Assembly (NCBI GenBank): GCA_965202585.1
Contig: OZ241829.1
Location: 65,844,001 to 65,908,000 of the forward strand
Direction: 5' to 3'
DNA: 64,000 nt
DNA from: Thalia democratica
Lineage: Eukaryota
How positions within the stretch are numbered: position 1 is the stretch's first letter; every line of letters begins with the position of its first letter. The notes under the pieces were generated by a model. It ran no database searches. It was given only the letters and a program-made list of their open reading frames with translations, and was not told the DNA's origin. The translations under genes were made by a program, and so were the position numbers. Positions 12,421 to 25,100 of this stretch are shown here, piece by piece.

Positions 12421-14356
12421 TATTTAACTATTTTATAGCATTATCAGTTTTTTTCCATTGCTGTAACTTAGTTTTTTCTTTAACTATATTCTAAATTATT
12501 AACAATAATTTTATATTCTAAACAACCAAATAGTATGTTAGACGCTTCTGCTTCAGCAAACAATCAATGTATATGTTATAATACACAACATGAAGGTAAT
12601 TTTAAAGTAAATAAGATTACTGGTCACTCTTCTTAACATTCTTAAAACTATTGAAAAAATCAACGACCTTATGTAAACACAAAAAATATTTTGTTTACGC
12701 TTTTCAATTAAAATTTACTGCTTTTGGTTTGAAGTTAAATATGTGTACAAAGTGTTTACCTTCTTCTTTTTATTTAAAATTTTAATGCTTGCCTAAGCTT
12801 ACCAATTTTCTGCTTTAAGATTCTATTTTGATAAAAAAAATTGTTTTGTAGTAACAACTGTGCCAGAAGTTTTTAAACAATGGACATTAATTGAATTTAT
12901 GGATGTTTATTAAAATCATGTCCACTAACTTTAACAACTAACTATAACTCGTAACAGTTTATACTGAAAAAACTCTATTTATTAAAAATAAGTAAAGTAT
13001 TTCAACTAAAACATTAAAAGACTTTAAATTAAAACAAAAATGATAAAATACAAGCGTTTAAAATTGTTTTAGTATTAATAAAAATACAATGATCTAGCCT
13101 ACTATCGGTTTGTAATAATAAAATAAAAGAAAGATAATGTATAAGAAGTTGGTTAATTTTTTTAGCTCTTAGTACAACTTGAATTACTTGCTATTCAAAA
13201 AAGTATATGTTAAACTAGAAAAGTAAGGTTTAACATGTTTTTTAGCAGAGTACTGCATATACTCCCATAAAACTTAAATTAGGGACTAAAATGATGATTA
13301 TAAATTAAAATGTTAGAAAGCTTAAATAATATTTAAGTATTCTTCCAATATACATTAAAAACGTTTTAGCATTTAAACATGTAAACTTATTACAAGCTAG
13401 TTGTAAATTTAATACATTATTAATTTTCTAAGTAACCACATACTTATGTTGTAAAAGCGAACAATTAATTTACACGTTTTGTAAAAGAATAAGAAAATAT
13501 TTTAACTGCCTATAACATAACTTAATTGCGTTTAATGACTAGTCACTGTTAAAAACTGTTCAGAAAAAAGATTATACTATATAAAATATACTAAAAGAAA
13601 AGATACCTTTTGTCCATGTCATTAATAAAATAGTCTTTGGTTGAAAGTTTGATTTTTGTTTTACTTGGTGTCCAGTTTTGTTCACTTTTTTAAAACCATA
13701 ATGCTTGCCTAAGCTTAAAAATTTTCTATTACAATTATTTGTTTTAATTAAATTAAGCATTTTGTAACAAAAACTCACATATTGGTGAAATTAATAAAAC
13801 TATAAATTTTTCTTACAAAAATAACTATTACTTCATCTTTAAGCTTAAGAAAAAAATTTTATAAAAAAAAAAATTTCCACATAATAAATACATTCAACAT
13901 ATTAAAATAAGTCTAGTATTGTAACTTAAAATATCAAGTTAATAAATCAAAAATCCAAAGATGAAAGTAGGTTTTGAAACATGTAAAATTTTCATTTTAT
14001 ATGTATCAAAGTAATCAAACCTTACTACCATCTTTCTTTTGATTGTATCTTATACGAATAAAAATCTGATTTATTATAAGTATCAAAAATAAACAACATT
14101 ATACTAATAAGGCTATTGATAATTTTGTCAAACAAAATTTGGGCAAAAAACTATGCTCACCTTTCGGCGCAACCGCTCAAAATCTAGGGTATAACTTAAA
14201 TAAAAAAACAGTCATTTACTAAGGGAGACTCTCTTGGGCAAGCTAAAAAAATTGGCAAAAAAAAAGGAATTAACACCTTGAAATATAATGTTAAAGCCTG
14301 AAAAAATTTTGGTAAAAAAAAAGGCGAACGTCTTTCGACGAACGCCATTGGAAAAA

Positions 14357-14470
14357 AAAAGATTGAAAAAAAATGGGAAAATTTTGGAGCAAAAAAAGGC
14401 CCCGAAGCCGCCGCGGCGGCTTCGGGGCCTTTTTTTGCTCCAAAATTTTCCCATTTTTTTTCAATCTTTT
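14357..14470. repeat. Perfect 114-bp loopless palindrome
   Basis: 57-bp arms centred between 14413 and 14414, core GGCCCCGAAGCCGCCG|CGGCGGCTTCGGGGCC flanked by A and T tracts. Confidence 0.97.
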
Positions 14471-14808
14471 CTATCAAACTCTCTCACATTTATAAAATTC
14501 ATTTTCAACTAATTTTCCAAAAAAACAGCCCTCCCCTTTTGCTGTAATTTTTTTCTCAAAGCTTCTGCTTCGTTCGCAAAACTCTTCGCTGCACATGAGC
14601 TCTGATCGGTAAAGCGACCGTGAGATTCAGTCGCTTTTTTACTTGTTACATTTTGAGTGCTTTACCATTCGCCATTTCTAGTTCCTCGCCTTCTCTGCTT
14701 CAGTCGCCCCGGCCAAACCTTTACCTCTAGAAATGCTTTAATCACCTCATTTCGCACTCGTTCTTTTACTTGGGCTGAATCATATCAGAGCTCGTTTACT
14801 GACTGCTA

Positions 14809-15016
14809 CTTCTTGCGAGAGCTTTTACATGGCTTTCTTCGGACGGTTTCTGCCATTCCTCTCGCTTTACCTTTACTTCTTGCGAGAGCCCGGCTTTTAC
14901 ATGGCTTTCTTCGGACGGTTTCTGCCATTCCTCTCGCTTTACCTTTACTTCTTGCGAGAGCCCGGCTTTTACATGGCTTTCTTCGGACGGTACCTGCCAT
15001 TCCTCTCGCTTCACCT
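14809..15016. repeat. 72-bp minisatellite, ~2.9 units
   Basis: GCTTTTACATGGCTTTCTTCGGACGG... recurs at 14821, 14893 and 14965. Copy 2 (~51352-51487) has one unit fewer. Confidence 0.95.
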
Positions 15017-16150
15017 TCCCTCGCTACTTATTCAATCAGGTCTGCTATACGACTTCTAACCGCCCAGCTGCGGTCTTTTCACGCCAGCTCAAGTCGACGG
15101 CCACGTCGACTCAAGCTATATGCCTGCAAAAACACTAACACACAACCCGCCTTCACCACGCCTACCCGCTTAGACGTCTAGGGATTTATTCATTACAGCT
15201 TTACATTGTAAAATCCCTAAGCTGACTAGGTCGTCAGCTCGCTTTCTGGCACACTACAAGTGCCTCTCTTAATAGTGTAACATTAAGCATACGCGTATGA
15301 TGCCGAAATTATCGTGTTGAAAAATTTGGCTACCCCAAGAGAGTCAAAATTTTTCTTTCTTTCATAACATTACATTTTTACTTATATGTATTACTTATTA
15401 CTTAACTTATATGTGTTGCTTATATTACTTAACTTATATGTGTTGCTCTTTATATTATCATGTTAACCAACTACACTATACACATATATAAGGACACTAA
15501 GAGGTACGCATTTGCATAAAGTACGCACTTACATTAATAATGAGTTAATTTATTAAGTATAAATGTGAAAGTTTTTGCCTTTTTCAAACTTAAATAATGT
15601 GTAACTATATATTATCTTTACTTTATAGCCAAGTACAGTTTTTTTTTCAGTTAAACAGCTATGACGTTTTAGTTGTAACAAATATGGTTCATTTGCATTG
15701 CTAGCTGTTTTAAATATTACAAAGTTACATAAATAAGAAGTTTTTTTTTTAATTAAAACTGAACAAAGATTTTTTATCACATATACATGTTCCTCCTTAT
15801 AACAAACTTAATAACTACATGTGCTTTTATACAACTAACAAGTTTCTAATATAAAATTTTGTTTTATTAATATTTTATTATCTATTAATTAAAAATTAAT
15901 ATTTTATTATCTATATGATTTGATTCTTTTAATTTATTTTAATAACATTTTTGAATGTGTGATTATTTTTGAAATTATTATTGTCACTCAGAAAAATTTA
16001 AAAAAAAAATCCTAAAGCTTGTTAGCATTTTCATATTAAATAACTTAAATTTCATAACTTAAAACTTATAAGTTTTCTTATTAATAATTAATTACAAAAG
16101 TTGTAAACTGACTATTTCAATTAAGAAAACATCACCAAACCAGTTTATAA

Positions 16151-19100
16151 ATGATGTATTTTTTTATTAAAAATAAAATTTTGACATGTTATCACTTACT
16201 TGTGCTTTGTGTCATGTTATTCTTATCATGTTCAACAGGGAAAATGTCCATATTCAATTTGCGTCCTCACTGCGGGGAAGCGGGTCCGGCTCACCGCCTT
16301 GTGACCGGTTTCGTGCTGGACGAAAACATCAGTACTTCTGTTAAGAAAAGTTTGCCCTGTTTGTATGTATATTGTATAATATTATCAGTGAACTTTCATA
16401 AATATTGCTGAATTCTACAAATAAAAACAATTGTGTATTGTTGACATTTTTTTAATTTTCTTTAATGTTAAATATTTTAAAACGATTACTCATCTAAAAC
16501 ATGTGGATTTATAATCTTTTCATTGGATAAAACATAATGAAAGTAGTTGCTTCCTTTTGTTAATAAGTAATTTAATTTTTGTATTTTACCCTAAAAAGAA
16601 TTCAGAGATAGCTCTTTTTTATTTTTATTTTTATATGAATTTCATTCTATTATTAAGATTATGTATATTAACCTATATAAAAACTACATTTATTTTAACA
16701 AAACACTAATGCGCATCTATTTTTAAACTTTGTTTTAATTTTTGTTTTATTTAATTTTTCTGTACATGTTTTTCAGCTTTCTGTTTTGCATCTGATCAGC
16801 TGTTTTTCAGCAAAACGAGGTTATATAACTAATGTTACCAACAAAGTTGTACAAACAGACAAGTAACTAACAACCTTTTTACGTTTCAGCCTGCCAAGGT
16901 GTACCGTCGTTCGACGGAGCAACGACCCACATCGTCCACCAGCGGCAGCCCCAACTGTCCAGTTTCGTCTACGGCGACGTGCTGACGTTTTCCTGCGACG
17001 GCCACAAACGGTTTCTTCCTTCCAACCCGTCGCTGACTTGCCAGGAAAACGGAAGGTGGGGACCCGACACGCTGATTGGCTGCGTTGAAGGTAAGAAAAA
17101 ATCCCCAAAAGTATGAGTACAATCTATTTTTTTTTTTTTTTTCACAGATGACGTGTGCCCGTCTCCACCGCAAATCGCCTTTTCCTCGCACCACGACTAC
17201 TACAGGCCTCCGACTCCGGCAAACTCTACCGACTCGATGTGGCTTCCGGAAACGATCCTGCGTTACGAATGCAACGATCAGTACCCGATAACCGTTCCCG
17301 ACGACTTCTTCGGGGCGAAATGCACCAGCAGCGGCGCGTGGGTGGGCGTGTATGGAAAATACCATCATTCGCATGAAAAACCTCACGATATTAAAATGGA
17401 CGACAAGAAGTTCAAGGAAAAGTTTGGAAAATGCGTCACTGGTATTTTTAATTTTTAATGTTTAGTCAACTTTTTTGTGTTTATAATTCACTTGAAGTAA
17501 GCTAGTAGCAGTTTATAATTTTTTAGTTAGAAATTACGTTCGAAAAGGTACATGATGTCAATTTCAAGTTATTTTGATTTAAAAACTAAACTACCACCAG
17601 TACCTTTGAAATATATTGTTCCTAGGTTAACAATTACCACTTCTAATTAAGTTTTTAGCAAGCCTTAATATTTTCAATTTTAGTTTATTAAAACTTTTTT
17701 TACAATTGTCTATATTAACCTATGTACGACTCTGTTTTCGGCATGCTTTTTAGAAATTGCGTGGGATTTTTAAAAGGTTTAAAAAATAAGTTTATTTAAA
17801 AAATGCAAAATTTATTTCAGAGTGTGAGTTTCCCGATCCACATAACTCAATAAAAACTGTGCTAAAATATCTTGAAGTCAATGCGTCATACTCCATACCT
17901 TCAGTCGTCAGGTACACCTGTAACGAGGGTTACCATTGGACGCGGGTGGCAGTTGTGAGCTGTCGCCACCAAGATATTCAAGATAAAGGTCCTTTCGGAA
18001 GATTAAACACGCCGCTTGGATTCTGTGCACCCGGTTAGCTTCATTTAGTTTCAAAGATAAATTTTTGTAAACAAATTATAAAACGACTAATTGTTTTTAA
18101 ATTAACAACCGTAAGTATTTATCTTTTTTGTTTTTTGATATGTCGAATAGTTTTAGTATTGTTAAATCCTTTCAGCGCAAAGTATTGCTACTGAAGTTTG
18201 TACATAAGTTTAAGGTAAAATTGAAAATTACTAATAACTCTTAGCTTGCCCGCCACTCCCATTTTTAATACGAAACGGGGTTAAGCGAGTTATTAGGCAA
18301 CCGAATCGAAGGAGCTTGGTTTCCTTCTCGACAACCATACACTACTTTTGCAACCAAGGATTCACTCCGACATTTGTAAACAGCCGATACAGTTGCAACT
18401 ACGCTGGAAGCTGGCAAAATTCAGAGCTGAACCCTAGGTGTTTGAGGCGTAAGTTGTAACAATATTGATAAGTGTTTGTTTATCAGTCGACCTACTATTT
18501 GACTTTAAGGCTGCCCTGACCTGCAAAACGATCCGTACGGAAGTCTTGAAGCATCTGTACAAGCTCGGACTAATTTATATCTGGCCGGTGACCGAGTTGA
18601 ACTAAGCTGTGATGATGACTACGTGTTGAGCTCAGACTTAACAGCTTCAAGTACAACTTTGTCCTGCCTGTCAAACGGAAGGTGGAATTACGAAAAAATA
18701 CCGGTTTGTATTAAAAGTGAGTTACGCTAATCAAAAGCTTTTATTCTTATTCTGTTGAACTTTCATTTATGTAAGAAAAAAATTTAAGACGTTCTTTTAT
18801 TTTGACACCTACACTTGTTTCAGAAGTTTTTAAGCACTAAAATTAGTGACCTAACAAGTTTAGTTGATTCGTTTTTTCATTAGTTTAAATGCATTTAAAC
18901 TAATTTATTAACTTAATTTTATCTACACTATACTTCTTTTCTATTCAATTTGTTTATTTTAAGGATGTGACGACCCTCCTCGAGGCGACTTTCTAAATTC
19001 CACGATAAAGTTCAGTCACGCGCAAGGAGAATACTGGTCGTACACCGTAGTGGAGTACGTATGCAAGGAAAGACACACTTTTAAATATCCCGATGAGGAC

Positions 19101-22100
19101 GGGACTCGCACTTGTGAAGGAGACGCAAACTGGAGCGATGACTACCCTCCTGAGTGTGCTCCCGGTTAATAAATGATGAAAATATTATCACTATCCCAAC
19201 AAATACTTTTAGTTATATTTAAATCTGTGTGTAAGAAATAACAAATAAACTACACTTAACAGAATGTGAAACTCCTCCAGCCGTTGAAGGCTCAACAATT
19301 AATATTTTAAACGACTCATTTATTGAATACGAATGTTTAGACGGTTATCACATTGACAACGAGTCGAACAGCGTTTTCGAGTGCAGGCTCGGTCCTGTTT
19401 GGTTTCCCTTGGAAACTCCTGTCTGTCTAAAAGGTAAATAAATACCAGTTTTTACTACAAACTGTTTGTTAGACAAATTTCAAGCGTCTAAAAAGATCCT
19501 CTCAGGCTCAAATCAATTTCCTACTCTAAAATTTTTTAACGGACTGTTTTTAAGTGTCTTGAAATGTTATCAAATTTATTACGAGTTTATCTTTTCTAGA
19601 ATGCAACAGCATGCCCGTGTACGATAAAACGTTGCCCGCTGTTGTTACAAAGAATGTTTCAAGGGAGGGCAAGCTTATAACCGGATCATCGTTGAATTTC
19701 AGCTGTCAACCAAACTACGGCCTGATCAACTCGATATCGAGTTGTGGCCTCGACGGCAGATGGACGCCCGAGATCACGTGTGTTCGAGGTATGTATATTT
19801 GCACGTGAAAAAATAAATTAAAAACAACTCATTTTTTTGTTTTTAAAGATTGCGGGAATCCAGACGAGATCGACAACGGATCTTTCCTGGTCAACGAAGA
19901 GTCGGATGAGTATCCTGAAGGTGAAGAGGAACTGTACAGCAGCAAGTATCCGCACCAGGTGACTTATTCTTGCAACCCGTTTCACTCGACGGTTCCCGGA
20001 AGCGAGATGGTGTTGAAATGCTCGAATGACAGCTTCACGTTTGAACCTGAGTTGCCGGTCTGCTTGCCAGGTGACCAAGTCGTATACAAATGTTTAAGCT
20101 CATGATTTGTACTAAATTTTATTAAAAGTTTTAATCGGTTTTTTAAAGTTTTAATGTTTCAATTTATTTTAAAACCACAGAGTGTTCAACCCCGCCAACC
20201 AACAATTATTCCACGTTTGATTTTTTCATGAGCACTCACCGTGTCTACCTACCGCCGAACAGAATAAAGTACACTTGCGAAGCCGGCTACAGAACTTTGC
20301 CTTCAGGTCTCAGCGTGCTGCAGTGCGGTGATGACGGGGAATGGACATTTGATGATTTCAAAAGCTGCTACACTGGTTAGATTGTTGACTAGGTTTATTT
20401 TGATGGCTTAAAAGTTAAAGTAAAACGGTCAGTTAAAAATATTGCTTAAGTAGTTATAGTATATTTTTATTCTACTAAAAGGTGATTACAAAACTTAATA
20501 TTATACTGCTTTAGTAATAATAAAAACATTTTTAAACAACGTTTTTGTAATTGGAACTATAAAAGATTACTTTAATTACATTGCGTTTTAAAAAAGTATA
20601 TTTCTAAAAGCTTTAATACGTCATTCACAATACTTTGAGCAGAGTGTAAACTTTTTTCATAAGTTTTTATATTTAAATAATACTAAACAAATTTAAAACA
20701 GTTAAGCAAAAATTACGGAAAAAATATACAAATACTAATTAAAGTACATTAGTATAACTTTTTCCACAACTTTAATAGAAACAGAATGCAATTCTGCGCC
20801 CCCACAATTAGACAATGCAACTCAGCATTTCAAATGGCAGTATGAAGGGGTGCATCTTCCAGGCACGCAAGTCAATTATGTTTGCCAGAACGGCTTCATC
20901 ATGGCCCCGCAGTTTTTCCAGGGATTTGAATGCAGCGAAAATTCGTTAGAATACGACATTCCTCTCACAACCAGAGAGTCGTTTACTTCTGGTGCTTGCT
21001 ATCCGGGTTAGGTTTCAGAATATATATATATTAATTAAAACTTCTTTTTTGCTTTTTTATTTTGTTTTTAAGTTTTTTCCCATTTTGAATTAACAAAATT
21101 AACTGGAAATCTTCAGACTGTGGCGACTGGCCAGACATCCCGAATGGCAAACGGTTCACTGCGGATTCACAGTTTCTATCGGACTTGGTAGGAGAAAGAC
21201 ACGTTTTGATAATTTCATCCAACTATTTGTGCAACACAGGATATCTTTACACGAGCGCAAATAGCCTTGTAACATGCACTGATTCCTCAAAACCACTAGA
21301 TGTTAAAAGTTGCTCTAGAGGTAATATTTTGTTTATAACTATTTATGAACAAAAACATAAACGTAACTAAAATTAAAAAAATAATATTTAAAAATCTAAA
21401 CAAAGTTGAAAAGTGTATGTATTCCAGAATGTAAAAGTTTGCCAATTACAAGTATGGACTTTGCAACCGTCGAATATTACAAAAGGCCAAGGACAGATAT
21501 TAATGTGGGAGGAACAGAATTCAGGTTTGTTTGCGACCAAGGGTACTTCCTCGTGGACCGTCCTGGCTCGTTGCGTGTGAGCTGTGAAAAGCTACGCGAC
21601 GGTTTTCAAGAAGATCTAGGAATATGCGGAGTCATTGGTTTCAGGTGTGATCTTAATGGTATCTGGCACTCTTTGGAAAGATCGCGCTGCATTACAAGTA
21701 AATTTAACGTACCACTTTGAATTAAACACTAGTATTTTTTGCATCAAACTAATTGGCATGTTTAGTAGTTGAGTGAAACGTGTTTAATGAATTTAATTTA
21801 GGTTGTCTGACACCACCAAGCGACGATTTGGCAACTTGGAAAATTACCAGCACATATTGGGAAGGAAGACTGTTCACCGACACGGTTGTAGAGTACACTT
21901 GTCCTGAAACCCACACGCTGACCAACTTCACTGATTCAACTCGTATATGTGGAAGAGACGGAAGTTGGAGCGATCCTGTTGCACCCAGCTGTATCCCTAG
22001 TAATATTCGTTATTATTTTTAGTGAACTCTAGTTTCCAGAGCTTTAGCTTATAGTTTTACCTCATTAAATACTTTTAAAGTAACGTGTTACAATACACAT

Positions 22101-25100
22101 AAAACTATTTTTTTTAGCTGTTAAATCTCACGTACGATGAAAATAAAAGTTTATGAACACTTTGGACACGCTACCAAAGTAAATTCTAAGGAGTGATATA
22201 GCTAACGTGTACTAAGTAATGATAATTATTGAGTATTTAATTTTCAGTATTAAACCTTTATACTATCAATACTTCTTATGACAATCACTTCTGCATAAAA
22301 ACATACATATGGGAAATCAACTACTTTTTTTTTGTAAAACTTACTAATTTACGCAGCTTAATGAGTTTAAGGACGTCTGCTTAAGTTTTGTGTTCAATTT
22401 AGCTAACTTTAAGTCTTTTGCATAAAAATTTGGCTTTTAGATGGAAGACAATATATCAAAAAAACCTTAATTACTGTTTACAAAAAATTTGCCTTCTTTG
22501 GCAACAAATATAACTGTACCAAATATTGATTAGTTATAAAAGTTTTGAAAATTTCAACAAATTTCAGTTTGCGAACTGTTGCCAACTTCCATCGAGAACG
22601 GTCAATTCCACCAGTTGACCGATCAGCATGCCAGCATGAAAGATGTAGAAGGAACAAGGAAGAGTTACGTTTGCGACGAAGGCTACCACCTGCTCATATC
22701 CTCTTACTTTCCAGCTTCTTTTACATTCCACTGCAACCAACAAGTACCTCCGAATGCTGTGCAGTGGAACGAAGTCAGTTCTGGGAGCCAAGTGGCAAAA
22801 CCGTTGTGCATTAAAAGTTGGTGTTTTTTTATTAAAACGTTGTATATGAAAAGCAATATACGCCTTATTGATAAAAAATTTTAAGGACATTGTAAAGCGT
22901 ATCAAATAATAACGGATGCTCATTCGTACGATGAGGCAGTTGAAAGGTGCGACAATTTATCTGCAGACCTTCTTGGACCAACCCTTGACGATGTAGATTA
23001 TGAAAAGTTTGTTTTAAAACACTTTGCTAACCCTACTACTTTTCTAGTTACGTTTATAAAAAGAAAAAAATTGCAGCATTCAAAACAGTGATTGTTTATA
23101 TTCTATAACATTAAAAATGTCAACTTATACAACAGGTATTTGAAGGCTATAACTCAGCACATGAGTGATGAAAACTTCGAGTACACTTACATCTACGGAA
23201 AGCCAGAATTGAGCGACACCTTTTTAAACTGGTGTTCAGGCTTCCCAAAACCTTCCGCCTCTTCGATCTGCTATTTCATCCGCACAAACGGCTTCTGCGT
23301 TGTTAATTTAGACTGTGAAAGCAAACGGCCGATTGTATGCGAAGTTGACCGCTTCGAGCTTAGGCCAAGAGAAGAGTCAAACTCATACCAGTTTGCCGAC
23401 GATGCTTGCAGATCGGTAGAAGGTACCCTGATGTCTACGACTTTTTTCATCCCTGCTTATATGCCGTAAGTGTTTCAGAGAAGTTATCTTTGTTTTTCTT
23501 GTTATTTGCATTGACAAATTTCGGTACTTTAATAGTGGAAAACAGTAAGTTAAAACATTTTAAAACTGAAATGTTTATTTTTAGTAAAGTTCACCTGAAT
23601 TGACAAGTCGAGCAAAAATAATAATAAGCCGTATTTTGAAAATAGTTATATGAACATCTTTAAAATTTTACCACATTTATAGAGAACAATAATAAAAAAC
23701 AAGGGTTTATGTTGTCACAAAAACATTTTCTCAGGTCAAAATAGTTTTGCTAAACTTTTAAAAACTATACAAATAACTAATTTCTAGAGGTAACATTAAG
23801 CACTTAAAATCTACATGTAGTATACTATACCCAAATTACAGTCGAATAAAGAAGATCATAGACACATTACCAGGAAGCAAGATGTGGACTGGTTTGCAGC
23901 GGCCCGGGTCCGATTATTCCGCAAACGACTTCGTCACCCTGCCCGACGGTAAAAGAATTCTGATATCTCAAATATCGCAGTTCTGCCGGCGCGAACCCGA
24001 CAACTTCCAAAGCATTCAGCATTGCGTGGACTACAACCGAGATCGCGGCTGTTTGAGCGACTTCGGGTGCTACCAATCCTACCAGGCTTCAATCTGCGAA
24101 ATTGCCGTCTGCTCAGCTCGAGACGCCAAAGTGCCAAATCTTCCTTACACGAGATGCAGCAGAGGAAGCTGGTACGTTTCAGCTGACAGATCAGAACGAC
24201 TTGTCTGTTACGCAGGTACAACAACTGTTTCAAATATCGTTTTAGTATTTTTTACTATCAATTTTGATTCTTCAGATGTTCAGCATTTGTTTTCAGACTT
24301 GTATACTACAGTAGAATTATTTTAAGACTAAAAAACATGTTATTATGTAAATTTTTCTATATCGTTTTTCAACTTAATGTTTTTAAATTTCCGTAATTAC
24401 TTAAATGACAACTTATAATTTTTTATAATTTAGTACAATTTAGTAAATATATACACGTTTTCGTAAGTTAATTAGGATAAAAGTAAAGTTAAAAGTTGCT
24501 TAAAGCTTTCATGAGTTCATTCATGAGTTTAAAACTTAGAAAATATATTCAAATAGATAAGTATTGCTACCTAAGCTAAAATAAAAGTCAAACTGAATTA
24601 AGACTCAAGTAACAAATTATATGAGTTTTGTCTACAATTATTTGTAATTGGACTATAAATGCAAGAAAAATAAGTACCGTTTTGAACTAAAATTATAATA
24701 ACAATATAATAAGTGTATTTGCCACAAGCTCATATCAAGTGCTTTATATAAGCAGTTAAAAGCTTATGATAAAAATTACGCACAAATTCTGCTTGGCTTT
24801 TTTGAATAAAGACTTTAAGCATGTAGCATTCTGTTTGTACATTTGTAGACAAACTACTTATCTAAAAAGAGATGAACTGATCCTTGTCTATATACAATTC
24901 ATCAACGACATTACTTTATAAAACAGGATTTGACATCAAACTGACAACGGAAAAAGGAAGTTGGGAAGAAACAAGAGACATGTGCGAAGATATGGGAGGT
25001 CAACTGGTCCACAACACTTTGAAGAGATACGTTGGAAGACTTCGTACATCGTATAAGGAGTAAGTAGCTAAAGAATTTACTCAAGTTAAGTTGTGTATTG

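Larger units (their letters stand above)
14227..15345. mobile_element. Putative non-autonomous TIR/foldback-like element, GC-rich and hairpin-rich
   Basis: 12-bp inverted ends GACTCTCTTGGG (14227-14238) and CCCAAGAGAGTC (15334-15345) bound a GC-elevated island with multiple stem-loops. No clear TSD and no transposase. Confidence 0.5.

Noticed and set aside
12530-12570. Hammerhead ribozyme 5' of the Penelope ORF
   Set aside because: Minus strand gives CTGAAGCAGAAG, lacking the CTGANGA...GAAA core and stem II.
14155-14190. Helitron 3' end (GC patch followed by CTAG)
   Set aside because: No convincing hairpin, the flank is CTAGG rather than CTAG|T, and no matching 5' TC end was identified.
14391-14436. 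Bacterial rho-independent bidirectional terminator (A-tract, GC hairpin, T-tract)
   Set aside because: The context is eukaryotic and intron-containing, there is no adjacent prokaryotic gene, and it is the core of a longer palindrome.
14196-14512. Overlapping ORFs on both strands at the palindrome
   Set aside because: Products of homopolymer runs and palindromic symmetry; frames shift between the two copies.
15510-15698. Octamer motifs ATTTGCAT (15510, 15691) as promoter elements
   Set aside because: An 8-mer expected by chance in AT-rich DNA; the first is mutated in copy 2 and the TSS is unknown.
16821-24233. Minus-strand ORFs over the CCP/lectin exons
   Set aside because: Antisense shadows of GC-rich plus-strand exons.
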